The notes under the pieces are model-generated. The model made no database searches. It was given only the letters and a program-made list of their open reading frames with translations, and was not told the origin of the DNA. A program made the translations under genes and the position numbers. 64,000 nucleotides of DNA from Deferribacterales bacterium. GTDB lineage: Bacteria > Chrysiogenota > Deferribacteres > Deferribacterales > Geovibrionaceae. The stretch is taken from assembly GCA_050251945.1 (NCBI GenBank), contig JBFWLW010000002.1, positions 96,001 to 160,000 on the forward strand, given 5' to 3'. The stretch's first letter is position 1. Each line of letters begins with the position of its first letter. Shown here in pieces: positions 36,089-47,100 of the stretch.

Positions 36089-36110
36089 AGACTGCTTCAC
36101 TCGCAGAGAC
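36089..36110. repeat. Half REP downstream of the TIR gene, inverted relative to 34801
   Basis: AGACTGCTTCACTCGCAGAGAC. Confidence 0.6.
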
Positions 36111-36137
36111 GGCTATTTGTTAATGTGCAAAACACTA

Positions 36138-36812
36138 TCAATGCTGACGTTCACCTGCAATAATCAGTACGAACGGTTTCTTAATCTTATCCGGTATCGC
36201 CGCTGCTATCTCTTTCGCGGTTCCGCGGTATGTCTTCTCGTCGGGCATCCCCAGATTGAAAGACATGCTCATGGGGCGGTCGATGAATAAAACTTCCTCT
36301 ATAAGCTGGTTAGCGTGGTAAGGTCTTTCAAACAGAACGACTGTGTCCTTGTTGTTCATTACCCTGTCCATGAATTTCTTGCGAAGAACGCTGTCCTTCG
36401 GCGGGAATCCTGCAAAGTAGAATCTTTCGGAAAAATATCCCGAAATGGACAGAGCCGCTGTGATTGACGAAGGACCGGGAACGGAAATAACGTTAAAACC
36501 GGATTCCCATGCCATGTTCACAAAATCATAGCCGGGGTCTGCCACGCATGGCGTACCGGAATCGCTCATCAGAAGAATATTCTCATGACCTTTGCATATA
36601 TCCAGCAGAAATTCCTTATCGCGGTCGAGGGAATGCTCGTTAAGAAGCATCTGCTCCTTGTCGCGAAAGCCTGACGCTGCAAGCATTCTGCCGAGATTTC
36701 TCTTGTCCTCGCCTATGATAAGAGAGCATTTTTCAACCACTTCAAAAAGATATGCCGGAGAGCCTGCATACTCGCCGCTGATACTTGTCCCCGCTATATA
36801 AAGTGTCTTCAT
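36138..36812 (-). CDS. rsmI: RsmI-like SAM-dependent methyltransferase
   Basis: SDSGTPCVADPG, VPGPSS, FYFAGFPPK, FERP. Confidence 0.8.
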   Translation of the reverse strand: MKTLYIAGTSISGEYAGSPAYLFEVVEKCSLIIGEDKRNLGRMLAASGFRDKEQMLLNEHSLDRDKEFLLDICKGHENILLMSDSGTPCVADPGYDFVNMAWESGFNVISVPGPSSITAALSISGYFSERFYFAGFPPKDSVLRKKFMDRVMNNKDTVVLFERPYHANQLIEEVLFIDRPMSMSFNLGMPDEKTYRGTAKEIAAAIPDKIKKPFVLIIAGERQH

Positions 36813-38080
36813 GCTTTTATCACTTCCAGACCGCCCAGATAGGGTCTGAGGGCTTCGGGAACGGTAACTGAACCGTCCTCGTTCTGATAGTTTTCAAGCA
36901 CGGCAACAAGTGTTCTGCCGACAGCAAGCCCAGAACCGTTCAGGGTATGAGCGAACTCGACTTTTTTGCCATCCTTTCTGCGAAGACGTATCGAAGCGCG
37001 GCGCGCCTGATAGTCCACGAATGTTGAACAGGAGGATATCTCTCTGTATGTGTTTGCGGACGGGAGCCAGACCTCGATGTCGTAGGTCTTGGCAGATGAG
37101 AAACCAATATCGCCGGAACAGAGAGTCATAACTCTGTATGGAAGTCCCAGCGTACGCAGTATATTTTCAGCGGAATCGAGCAGTTCCGCGAGTTCATTAT
37201 CGGAATCTTCCGGAGCTGTTATCTTAACAAGCTCAACCTTGTTGAACTGGTGCTGGCGGATAAGTCCGCGAACGTCCTTTCCGTGTGAACCGGCTTCCCT
37301 GCGGAAACATGCGGAGTATGAGCAGTGGCGGATGGGCAGTTCAGTTTCGGGGATTATCTCTCCGCTGTAAAGGTTTGTTACGGATACTTCAGCAGTGGGG
37401 ATAAGATAAAGCTCGTCACGTTCGCATTTGAAGAGTTCCTCTTCAAACTTGGGGAGCTGTCCCGTTCCGCGCATGGCGTCGGCGTTAACAAGATAAGGCG
37501 CAAGCACCTCTTTGTATCCGCGCTCTGCGTGGGTATCCAGCATGAAGTTGATGAGCGCTCTTTCAAGCTTTGCGCCCATGCCCATGTATGCGGTGAATCT
37601 CGATTTCGCGATCTTCGTTCCGCGTTCAAAATCAAGAATTTTAAGATTTTCGGCTATGTCCCAGTGTGCTTTGGGTTCAAAAGAGAATTTTTTCGGTTCG
37701 CCCCATGTCTTGTAGAGAACGTTCTCAGTTTCATCTTTTCCCACAGGCACTTCGTCTTTAACGAGGTTCGGAAGGCTGAGAAGCATCTCCTCCATCTTCG
37801 CCTGAATCTCACCGAGGGTCTTGTCGTTCGCGTCTATCTCGTCTCCGGCAAGGCGCATCTTCTCCTGAATTTCGGAGATATCGCCGCCCTCTTTGCGTAT
37901 TCTGCCAATCTCTTTGCTTACGGTGTTGCGCCCGCTCTTCAGTTCGTCGTTCTTCGCCTGAAGTTTTTTGCGTTCCGCATCCAGAGCCATAAGTCCGTCA
38001 AAGTCAAAATTTGCTCCTCTGTCGGCTGTCTTTTTGCGGGCAACGTCCGTATTCGCGATTATATATTTAATGTCAAGCAT
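36809..38080 (-). CDS. serS: Serine-tRNA ligase
   Basis: GTGQLPKF, FRREAGS, RQHQFNKVE, REISSCS, TLNGSGLA. Confidence 0.98.
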   Translation of the reverse strand: MLDIKYIIANTDVARKKTADRGANFDFDGLMALDAERKKLQAKNDELKSGRNTVSKEIGRIRKEGGDISEIQEKMRLAGDEIDANDKTLGEIQAKMEEMLLSLPNLVKDEVPVGKDETENVLYKTWGEPKKFSFEPKAHWDIAENLKILDFERGTKIAKSRFTAYMGMGAKLERALINFMLDTHAERGYKEVLAPYLVNADAMRGTGQLPKFEEELFKCERDELYLIPTAEVSVTNLYSGEIIPETELPIRHCSYSACFRREAGSHGKDVRGLIRQHQFNKVELVKITAPEDSDNELAELLDSAENILRTLGLPYRVMTLCSGDIGFSSAKTYDIEVWLPSANTYREISSCSTFVDYQARRASIRLRRKDGKKVEFAHTLNGSGLAVGRTLVAVLENYQNEDGSVTVPEALRPYLGGLEVIKA

Positions 38081-38084
38081 CGTG

Positions 38085-38858
38085 TCAGGCTCCTTTTTTA
38101 TCCAGTCTCTTCTGTACCTTGTCCAGAAGAACCATCAGCTGCTTCGCAACGTCTTTTGCATATTTGGTGTCGGGCTTCTCTTTCAGAAGCAGGTTGAAAT
38201 ATCTGAGAGCCTCAGTCTCTTTTCCGTCCTGCGCGGCATAGTACATGCCGTATTCGTAAAGAGAGTCCTCATATGCGTTCGTATCTTTATATCTTTCGAT
38301 GATGTAATCCAGTCTTTTGATGCCCGCCTGCGGCTCCCCTATGCGGATATAGAATTTACCTACGTAAAGTTCTCTTTCTGCGAGCATGTTGCGCAGATCG
38401 ACTATCTTTTTGGTCAGGTCGTATTCCTTGGCGAACGCCGGATCTTTCTCCCGCAGTGCCGAGAAGCTTTTAAGCGCTCCCTCTGCGGCGGACATATCCC
38501 TGTCAACTTTGTCGATCAGCGCGTAATGGGAAAGACCCAGCCTGAGCATAGCGGTGTTTGCATCCTCCGAGGTACTGTAAACGTCGAGATACTGCTGATA
38601 AGCGGGTATCGCCTCGGGATATCTTTTACCCATGAAATATGAATCCGCAAGAAAAAGCTGTGCTTTTGCAGCCATATCGGGAGATTCAGCCTCCATAATG
38701 GAGTTCTCGAACATAGGGATAGCCTCGTCGTAGTTCTTTTTCTGGAAATAAGCGAGACCTTTCTGCATACTCTCATCCGCAGTGAGATGCGGCTGGGGTT
38801 TTGTACAGGAAAAAAGTGCGGCGGCTGCCAGCATGAAAACAAAAAGCTTTTTCATCAT
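38085..38858 (-). CDS. bamD: Outer membrane assembly lipoprotein BamD
   Basis: Lipobox, TPR repeats, DRDMS, LAERELYVGKFY. Confidence 0.88.
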   Translation of the reverse strand: MMKKLFVFMLAAAALFSCTKPQPHLTADESMQKGLAYFQKKNYDEAIPMFENSIMEAESPDMAAKAQLFLADSYFMGKRYPEAIPAYQQYLDVYSTSEDANTAMLRLGLSHYALIDKVDRDMSAAEGALKSFSALREKDPAFAKEYDLTKKIVDLRNMLAERELYVGKFYIRIGEPQAGIKRLDYIIERYKDTNAYEDSLYEYGMYYAAQDGKETEALRYFNLLLKEKPDTKYAKDVAKQLMVLLDKVQKRLDKKGA

Positions 38859-38859
38859 A

Positions 38860-40173
38860 TCACCATGTGTTATCTGTTATTTCGCAATAAATATCGGGAT
38901 AAACTATCCTTTTAATTCTGCATCTGTAAGGACCGAAGCCTCTGTCGGCAAGCCCGCCTATTATATAGGTGTGCCCGTCGATCTCAGGAGCCTGAAAAAC
39001 CGCCCTGCCCTGAAGAATGAATTCCGACTCATCGCTTTCGCCCTCGACCCACGCGATTATGTCGTCTTTTTTCATCGATTTCAAGCGGGTATTAGTGTTC
39101 TCTTTCTGCAGTTTCTGCAAAACTTTTATGCGTCTGTTCACTTCGCGCTTGCCCACAGGCTGTCCGAGGTTATAAGCGGAAGTCCCCTTCTCTCTGTAAT
39201 AAGGGAAAAAACCTGCGAAATCGGGCTTATGTTTTTTCAGAAAAGCGATAAGCTCGTCAAAATCCGCCTCCGTCTCTCCGGGAAAGCCCACGATCATCGT
39301 GGTGCGCAGAAAACTTTTCGGGTCTTTTCTGCGGATGGCGGCAAAAACCCTGTCTATCATCTCAGGATCCGATTTACGTTTCATCGCCTTAAGCATTCCG
39401 GAGCTGTAGTGCTGAACCGGAATATCGAAATAGCTGAGTATCTTATCCGAAGAACAGATGGTTTCGATAAGTTCGTCATCCACTCCGTCGGGGTTCATGT
39501 ACATCACCCTGACAGTGAAATCACCCTCAATGTTCTCTATTTTTTTCAGAAGCGGCACAATCTCTTTCCGTCCGTAAAGGTCGGTTCCGTATTTTGTGTT
39601 GTCCTGAGAAATAATTATTATCTCTTTTACACCCTGTTTAACAAGGTTTTCCGCCTCAGCCAGAATATCCTCTGCGGGGCGGCTGACAAGCTGTCCGCGG
39701 ATTCCTGGGATAGCGCAGTAAGAGCATTTATTGTTGCACCCTTCCGATATTTTAAGATACGCAAAATATGGGGTGTTGGCTATCAGGCGCGCAGTGCCGT
39801 AATTTTTCGGGCGCTCGCCTGTGCCGTTCAGAAAACCTATAACTTTATCGAGTTCACCGACACCCGTAAAGAAATCTATCTCCGGCATTTCTTTGAGCAG
39901 TTCCAGTTTATACCGTTCGCTCATGCATCCTGTGACGATGAGTTTGGCATCCTTATGTTTGCGTCTGCTCATTTCCAGTATGTTCTCAATCGCCTCCGCA
40001 ACGGCAGGTTCGATGAATCCGCAGGTGTTGATGACGATAGCGTCTGAATCCTCCGGAACATGGGTTATCTCATATCCTTCATCTTTGATGGAACCCATAA
40101 GATATTCGAGATCCACCTGATTTTTTGAACAGCCGAGGCTGATGAATGAAATTTTCTTATTTTTGTCTTTCAA
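38860..40173 (-). CDS. rimO: Ribosomal protein S12 methylthiotransferase
   Basis: SLGCSKNQVD, NTCGFI, radical SAM CNNKCSYC, APEIDG. Confidence 0.96.
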   Translation of the reverse strand: MKDKNKKISFISLGCSKNQVDLEYLMGSIKDEGYEITHVPEDSDAIVINTCGFIEPAVAEAIENILEMSRRKHKDAKLIVTGCMSERYKLELLKEMPEIDFFTGVGELDKVIGFLNGTGERPKNYGTARLIANTPYFAYLKISEGCNNKCSYCAIPGIRGQLVSRPAEDILAEAENLVKQGVKEIIIISQDNTKYGTDLYGRKEIVPLLKKIENIEGDFTVRVMYMNPDGVDDELIETICSSDKILSYFDIPVQHYSSGMLKAMKRKSDPEMIDRVFAAIRRKDPKSFLRTTMIVGFPGETEADFDELIAFLKKHKPDFAGFFPYYREKGTSAYNLGQPVGKREVNRRIKVLQKLQKENTNTRLKSMKKDDIIAWVEGESDESEFILQGRAVFQAPEIDGHTYIIGGLADRGFGPYRCRIKRIVYPDIYCEITDNTW

Positions 40174-41080
40174 AGAACACCTTTATGTTGTCACAATCGG
40201 TCTTAATCTGAGCCTTAAGCTCGTCCACCGATCCGAATTTCCTGTCGTGGCGGATGAAATGCACTATCTCCGCCTCAATATATTTCCCGTAGAGATTGCC
40301 TGAAAAATTGAACAGGTTCACCTCCACTCTTTTTTTAAGTCCGGAACCGACGGTTGGGCGTTCGCCTATGTAAAGCGCGCCGTTGTATCGTTTTCCGTCA
40401 ACGTTCACTGTTGCGGCATAGATACCGTTCATAGGGATAAGTTCGTTCTGCGGTTCTATGTTCGCAGTGGGAAAACCTATGCCCGTGGCGATGCCGTCGC
40501 CTTTGACGACCGTGCCGCCTATTGCAAAATTGCGTCCCAGAAGAGTGTTTGCGCAGTCAATTTCTCCCTCTGCAAGACATTTGCGTACGTTTGTGCTGGA
40601 AGCGGTCATACCGTTTATCTCGACCTTAGGCACCTGAATGGCGGTAAATCCCAGTCTGCTGCTGAGATGCACCAGAAAATCGAATGAACCCGCCCTTCCG
40701 CGACCAAAGCGGTAATCATAGCCCACAACGATGAAGGATGCACGCATCTTCTTCACCAGAAACTCGCTTACGAATATTTCGGGGTTGATGCCCGCCAGAT
40801 GTTCGTCGAACTTCATGAGAAAAAGTTTGTCCGCGCCGAGCTTTTCAAACTCGCGTATCTTCATGTCAAGAGTTGATATAAGGCGGATATCCGCCCCGAA
40901 GAATTTAAGCGGATGCGGCTCGAAAGTGACAAGGGCGCTTTCAAGTCCCTTCTCCTTTGCAAGACTCACCGTGCGGCGTATAAGCTGTGCGTGTCCCTCG
41001 TGCACGCCGTCAAAGTTGCCAAGACTGACAACCATATTTCTTTCCGACTGAAAAGAGGATATGTTTCTGATTATTTCCAT
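40157..41080 (-). CDS. ribF: Riboflavin kinase/FAD synthetase
   Basis: GNFDGVHEGH, SSTNVR, GFPTAN. Confidence 0.96.
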   Translation of the reverse strand: MEIIRNISSFQSERNMVVSLGNFDGVHEGHAQLIRRTVSLAKEKGLESALVTFEPHPLKFFGADIRLISTLDMKIREFEKLGADKLFLMKFDEHLAGINPEIFVSEFLVKKMRASFIVVGYDYRFGRGRAGSFDFLVHLSSRLGFTAIQVPKVEINGMTASSTNVRKCLAEGEIDCANTLLGRNFAIGGTVVKGDGIATGIGFPTANIEPQNELIPMNGIYAATVNVDGKRYNGALYIGERPTVGSGLKKRVEVNLFNFSGNLYGKYIEAEIVHFIRHDRKFGSVDELKAQIKTDCDNIKVFFERQK

Positions 41081-41278
41081 CTATGTAATATGCCAGACGC
41101 ATTAATTTAATCAATCAGAATTTGATATAAAAACATCAATTCTTCATGGTTTTTTCACCAAATACCGTACATAAAAAAAATATAACATTTTGAATCTCTT
41201 AAATGTAAGTTTAATATTGACATAATAGTATCTTGTCCATAATATTCATATATTCATTTTTCGTTGGAGGTTTTTATT

Positions 41279-41581
41279 ATGGAAGAATGGTTCGCACTGT
41301 ACTCTGAAAAGCTCAAGGCGATCGGACACCCCATCAGACTCAAGCTTATGGTCGGCCTGATGAGCAACGAGTGCAACGTTACCAAAATCTGTAAAGGGCT
41401 TGATATCCCTCAGGCCACAACAAGTCAGCACCTTGCAATACTCAAGAACAAAGGGCTGATCAAAGGTAAAAGATCCGGAACAAGCATTTGCTACAGCATC
41501 GCAGACGAAGGCGTCAGAGCGATGATTAAAGAATTAATGGAGAAAACAGGATGCGTTTCCCCGTGCGAGGGTTCACACTAA
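41279..41581 (+). CDS. Cys-rich ArsR-family regulator
   Basis: LKAIGHPIRL, PQATTSQHLAILK; SD GGAGG before ATG 41279; TTGACA-17-TAATAT at 41217-41245. Confidence 0.9.
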   Translation: MEEWFALYSEKLKAIGHPIRLKLMVGLMSNECNVTKICKGLDIPQATTSQHLAILKNKGLIKGKRSGTSICYSIADEGVRAMIKELMEKTGCVSPCEGSH

Positions 41582-42870
41582 GTCTTGCGCTGCTTCTTTC
41601 AGCGGCACAGGCACACGCGGCATCACTCACTTTTGTTCAGGCAAAGGATATGGCGCTTAAAAATTCTAACGTCATAAAGTCTTACAAGGCTGACGAAGAA
41701 GCGGCGGGCTATGTTAAAAATCAGGCTGCTGGAGAATATCTTCCCAATATCAGTCTGCACCAGACCTATATGAAATCGGACGAACCGGGTACTGCTGCAT
41801 TTGCAACAGCAAAGCAGGGACGGTTTGATATGGACTATTTCACAAACAACATGGCAAATCCCGACATAGTGACCACCTATACCACGCAGGTACAGGTTAT
41901 ACAGCCTATTTTTATGCAGGGACAGATATACTACGGCATAAAACAGGCGGACAAAGCCTATCAGGCGAGCCGTATGCAGACCGAACGCGCGACTCAGTTC
42001 ACACTTTACAACCTGCATATGGCATTTTACGGGCTTGCACTTGCCGAAAAAGCGCTGGACACCGCAAACCACTCGTATGAACGCACCGAAAGATACTACA
42101 GGACGGCGAAGGATTTCTTCAATAACGGTCTCATCGTTAAAAGCGACCTGATGGTATCTGAAAGCTATCTGCTTATGAACGAACAGGCGGTCAAAGAGGC
42201 TGAGAAACAGCATGCGGTTGCCATGAGCAACCTACAGAGGCTTCTTGACACCGACGAACCCATAAAGGTTATCTGGACAACACCGGAGCTTGAATTTTCC
42301 GAGGACGTTTCAAAATATACAAACACGGGACTGCAAAAAAGACAGGATCTCGCCGCAATGCAGAAATATCTGGATTCGGCGGAACTGGAGACAAAAAAGG
42401 CTAAATCAGCCCTTTTGCCCTCCGTCTATCTTTTCGCTGACTACCAGAGAAACGACGACAAATTCCTCGGCGACAACGGCGACGGAACAACCTACGGGAT
42501 TCAGGCAGACCTGAACCTTTTCAAAGGTTTCGGCGACTACAACAAAATCGGCGAAATGAAAAGCAGACAGATAGCCCTTATGCACCAGATTTCAGACAAA
42601 AAACTCGCGATCAAATCCGAGATAAAAAACTCTTATTACGGTGTAATAGCCGCTTCAAAACAGATCGAGGCTTCAAAAAAACGTGTCGAGGCGGCACAGT
42701 CCGCACTTGTCATAACGGAAAACAGATTTAACGAAGGACTCTCAAAGGTTACGGAACTGCTGGACAGGGAAGTCGACCTTAAACAGGCTGAGCTTTCGCT
42801 CTATATCTCCGAATATCAGGAGATAGTCGAGAAAGCGGGACTTCATCTGGCAGCCGGAGATTTACACTAA
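41551..42870 (+). CDS. TolC-family outer membrane efflux protein
   Basis: Signal peptide and two OEP repeats (YLPNISL, LLPSVYL); next to MFP/RND. Confidence 0.88.
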   Translation: MRFPVRGFTLSLALLLSAAQAHAASLTFVQAKDMALKNSNVIKSYKADEEAAGYVKNQAAGEYLPNISLHQTYMKSDEPGTAAFATAKQGRFDMDYFTNNMANPDIVTTYTTQVQVIQPIFMQGQIYYGIKQADKAYQASRMQTERATQFTLYNLHMAFYGLALAEKALDTANHSYERTERYYRTAKDFFNNGLIVKSDLMVSESYLLMNEQAVKEAEKQHAVAMSNLQRLLDTDEPIKVIWTTPELEFSEDVSKYTNTGLQKRQDLAAMQKYLDSAELETKKAKSALLPSVYLFADYQRNDDKFLGDNGDGTTYGIQADLNLFKGFGDYNKIGEMKSRQIALMHQISDKKLAIKSEIKNSYYGVIAASKQIEASKKRVEAAQSALVITENRFNEGLSKVTELLDREVDLKQAELSLYISEYQEIVEKAGLHLAAGDLH

Positions 42871-42879
42871 AAGTTTCAT

Positions 42880-42948
42880 AAGACTGCTTCGTCCTTACTG
42901 TTCCCCCGGAGAAAATCTTTGCGGGGAACGAAGTGACGAAGCAGCCTT
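42880..42948. repeat. REP-like palindrome pair (degenerate)
   Basis: AGACTGCTTCGTC...TCTTTGCGGGG...GACGAAGCAGCCT. Confidence 0.72.
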
Positions 42949-43032
42949 GTTATCATTTTTAAAACAAACAGCTTGAAAACTGCGCCATATATATTATAAT
43001 ATTTGAATATAATAAAATTAAGAGGATATGAA

Positions 43033-44169
43033 ATGCTTCGTAAGTTCATTGCCACGGCAGTAATTCTTGCACTTCTGACGGCGTGCGGCGGAAACAGGAA
43101 AAAAGACGAAACCGCCAATGCACCGGAAACAGTTAAGGTTAAGCTCCATACCGTGACAGTTACGGATGCGGACGCAACCCGTGTGTTCACAGCTACAGTG
43201 TCCAGCGACAAGACTGCACTCATAATCCCAAAGGTTACAGGATACGTTGAACAGATACTCGTTGCCCCCGGACAGCAGGTTAAGGCAGGACAGCTTCTCG
43301 CCGTTATAAAAAGCGGAGAGCTTGAGCAGAAAATGGCGTTCGCCGCATCAGGCGAAATGGAAACAAAAAACGCATTCCGTCAGGCGGAGATAGGCTATAA
43401 AATGGCGAAATCCGAGTTTGAGCTTGCCCGGAAAACATACGACAGATATTCCAACCTGATTAAAAACAGCAGCGTAAGCAAACAGGAGTTCGATCAGGTC
43501 GAATCACAGTACAACGTGGCGAAAGAGAATCTCGATCTCGCCGCAGAAAAGGTTCAGCAGGCGAAAATTCGCTCCGGTCAGGCGGGCGCGATGAAAAGCG
43601 AAGTGGACACATATCTTTCATACACCCAGCTTAAAGCACCGTTCGACGGCATTGTCCTTGAAAAGGATATGGACGCAGGCAACCTTGCAAATCCCGGCAG
43701 TCCCGTTCTTAAGGTGGGCAATAACGTCCCCGTGGTGATAGCCTACATCAGCCAGAACATGATAGAAGAAGTTAAACTCGGCACAAAAGCCGTTGTATCA
43801 ATAGATTCCCTCGGCGACGAATTTGACAGCACCATACTTGAAATAAGCCCCGATATCGACCCCGCCACAGGCAACTTTAAAGTAAAACTTTCCGGATGCG
43901 AAAAGATGGCGCAGGGGATGTTTGCCAAGGTACGTTTCATAACAGGCAAGGAAAAGATCATCGCTGTCCCCGCATCGGCAATTGTCACGCGCGGTCAGCT
44001 CACTATGGTGTTCGTTGACGACAAGGGCAAAGCGGATATGCGTATAGTTAAAACAGGACGTGACTTCGGCGGATTCACAGAGATACTCTCCGGTCTGTCC
44101 GCCGGCGAAAATGTTGTCATTGAAAATGCCGCAATACTGAAATCAGGCGACATTCTAGAGGCTGAGTGA
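43033..44169 (+). CDS. RND efflux membrane fusion lipoprotein
   Basis: Lipobox LTAC, GQQVKAGQLL, LKAPFDG. Confidence 0.92.
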   Translation: MLRKFIATAVILALLTACGGNRKKDETANAPETVKVKLHTVTVTDADATRVFTATVSSDKTALIIPKVTGYVEQILVAPGQQVKAGQLLAVIKSGELEQKMAFAASGEMETKNAFRQAEIGYKMAKSEFELARKTYDRYSNLIKNSSVSKQEFDQVESQYNVAKENLDLAAEKVQQAKIRSGQAGAMKSEVDTYLSYTQLKAPFDGIVLEKDMDAGNLANPGSPVLKVGNNVPVVIAYISQNMIEEVKLGTKAVVSIDSLGDEFDSTILEISPDIDPATGNFKVKLSGCEKMAQGMFAKVRFITGKEKIIAVPASAIVTRGQLTMVFVDDKGKADMRIVKTGRDFGGFTEILSGLSAGENVVIENAAILKSGDILEAE

Positions 44170-47100
44170 TGGAATACCCTGAAAAAAAGAACCTCGCGTC
44201 AAAAATAGCTTCGGCGTTCATAACATCAAAGATAACGCCTCTTCTTGTCATTGCCACGCTGTTCATCGGCATGGTGTCAATCATAATGACTCCCAAGGAA
44301 GAGGAACCCCAGATAGTGGTTCCCATGGTGGACATACTCGTTCCATATCCGGGCGCATCGGCGAAGGACGTTGAAAAATCAGTTACGGAGCCGCTGGAAG
44401 ACATCATCTGGGAAATACCCGGCGTGGAGTACGTCTACAGCACAAGCATGAACGATATGGGCATGGTGATCGTCCGCTTCAAGGTCGGACAGGATGAGGA
44501 AAAATCCATCACCAAGCTGAAAGACAAAATAGATTACAACATGGACAGGATGCCCCACGGCGTGGAGCCTCCGCTTATCAGAAAACAGTCCATCGACGAC
44601 GTTCCCCAGATGGCGTTCACCTTCTGGTCTGATAAATATGATTCTTACCAGCTGAGACGCATCGTTTCCGAGGTTGAAAAGAACCTTAAGGAAGTAGAGA
44701 ACGTTTCAAAAACTGAAATCATCGGCGGCTATAAGCGCATGGTGCGCATTGAGCCGAACATAGAGAAACTGAAAAGTTATAACCTCGACCTGTTCAGACT
44801 GTTCAAAGCTGTTGAAATGAGCAATATGTCGCTCAACACAGGCGAAATAACCAAGGACAATAAAGTTCTTTACGTCAGCGCAGGCGGATTTTACAAGGAT
44901 GCCGACGCCGTGCGGAACATGGTTGTGGGCGTTGCACAGGGCAAAGCCGTCTATATGAAGGACGTTGCCACCGTTACCGACGGTCCCGAAATCCCAGACC
45001 ACTTCCTTCTGATGGGTTTTAAAGCGTCGAAAGATATGGAACGCTATCCGGCGGTCACCCTTTCCATCTCTAAAAGACAGGGAAGCGACTCCGTTGTGGT
45101 TTCTGATGCGGTTCTTCACAAACTCGACGCCATGAAGGGATATATCATCCCGTCCGATGTGAACGTTGAGGTCACAAGAAACTACGGTGAAACCGCTTTC
45201 GTTAAAGTCATGACACTTATCGAACACCTTGTTGGTGCCATTATAGCCGTTATCCTTGTTATGAGCATAACGATGGGCTGGCGTGCGGGTGCCGTTGTCT
45301 TCGTGGCACTTCCGGTGACTTTCGCACTCACTTTTTTCGTATATTTCATGTTCGACTACACGCTGAACAGGGTCACTCTGTTCGCACTGATATTCGTTGC
45401 AGGGCTTGTGGTGGACGACGCCATTATTGTTGTTGAAAACATGGAACGCCACTTCCGTCTGGGCGCAAAGAACCTTCTGCAAAAAGCGATATACGCCGTC
45501 GGCGAAGTCGGTAATCCCACAATACTGGCAACACTGACCGTCATCGTCGCTATCTTCCCGATGGCATTCGTCCGGGGGCTTATGGGTCCCTATATGAAGC
45601 CCATGCCCATAGGCGCGTCGCTGGCGATGATTTTCTCGCTGTTCGTTGCGCTTATCATAACCCCTTGGCTGGCTTATAAACTTCTGGCGGGACACGCCGC
45701 TAAAAGTAACGAAGCACCCATTGAGGACGAAGCGGCATACGTTAAAACCACGAAACTTTACAGGATATACAATAAAACCTTTTCCGCCCTTATAGACAGC
45801 ACGCGCAACCGCATCATTCTGGCGGTCATGCTGCTCTCCCTGTTCTTCGGCGCATTCATCTTCATCCCCACTAATCTCGTGGTAATGAAGATGCTCCCGT
45901 TCGACAACAAGAATGAAGTGCAGATAGTCATCGATATGCCGGAGGGAACGCCTCTGGAGAGGACAAACATTGTTGCGTCAGACGTTGGAAAATATCTCGC
46001 GACAGTGGACGAGGTCAAAGACTATCAGATATATACGGGCATAGCATCCCCTTACAACTTCAACGGGCTGGTTCGCCATTATTTCATGAGGCGCGGACAA
46101 AACGTAGCTGACATTCAGGTCAACTTCGTTGATAAGAGCGAGCGAAAACTGGACAGTCACGAGATGGCGAAAAAACTTCGCGGTCCCGTTCAGGAAATTG
46201 GCGCAAAATATGATGCAAATATCAAGATAGCTGAGGTTCCGCCCGGCCCCCCCGTTCTTTCGACGCTGGTTGCTGAAATCTACGGACCTGATGAAAAGAC
46301 CCGTGCAGATATATCAAGACAGGTGCTTGACGTTTTCAAAAGTACAAAAGGCGTAGTGGATATAGATACTTACGAAGAAGATGACATGATGCAGTACGAT
46401 CTTCAGGTTGACAAACAGAGGGCTGCTGTGATGGGTATCTCTTCGGAAATGGTCTCAAAGACCCTTTATATGGCTCTGCAGGGCGCAAAAGTGGGCATAC
46501 TCCACACCGAAGAGGACAGAGAACCTGTCGATATAGTTGTCAAACTGCCGGAAGACAGGCGGAACGTGATAGAGACCCTTCAGGAGATAAACATAATCTC
46601 CATGAGCGGTCAGCCCGTTAGCCTCGGCGAGCTTGTGACCGTGAGGCAGAAGCTTAAAGACAAAGCTATTTACCACAAGAATATGAAGCCCGTGACATAC
46701 GTCGTCGCGGACGTTGCCGGCGAGGTTGAAAGCCCCGTTTACGCGATTCTTGCGATGAAAGAAAAAATGTCGCAGATAAAATGGAACGGTCTGGACGTTA
46801 AACAATACTGGACAGGACAGCCGGATGCATACGACCTGCCCTCAGTCAAGTGGGACGGCGAATGGCAGATAACCTATGAAGTATTCCGCGACCTCGGACT
46901 CGCCTTCGCGGCGGTTCTTGTGCTGATGTACTTCGTTCTGGTGGGCTGGTTCCGCTCGTTCGTGACACCGCTGATCATGATGGTGCCTATCCCTCTTTCG
47001 CTTCTCGGCATCATCCCCGGACACTTCATATTCGGGCAGTTCTTCACCGCCACCAGTATGATAGGCTTCATAGCCCTTGCGGGGATAATGGTTCGTAACG

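Noticed and set aside
38782..40047. 421-aa plus-strand ORF
   Set aside because: Antisense shadow of rimO with no recognisable motifs.
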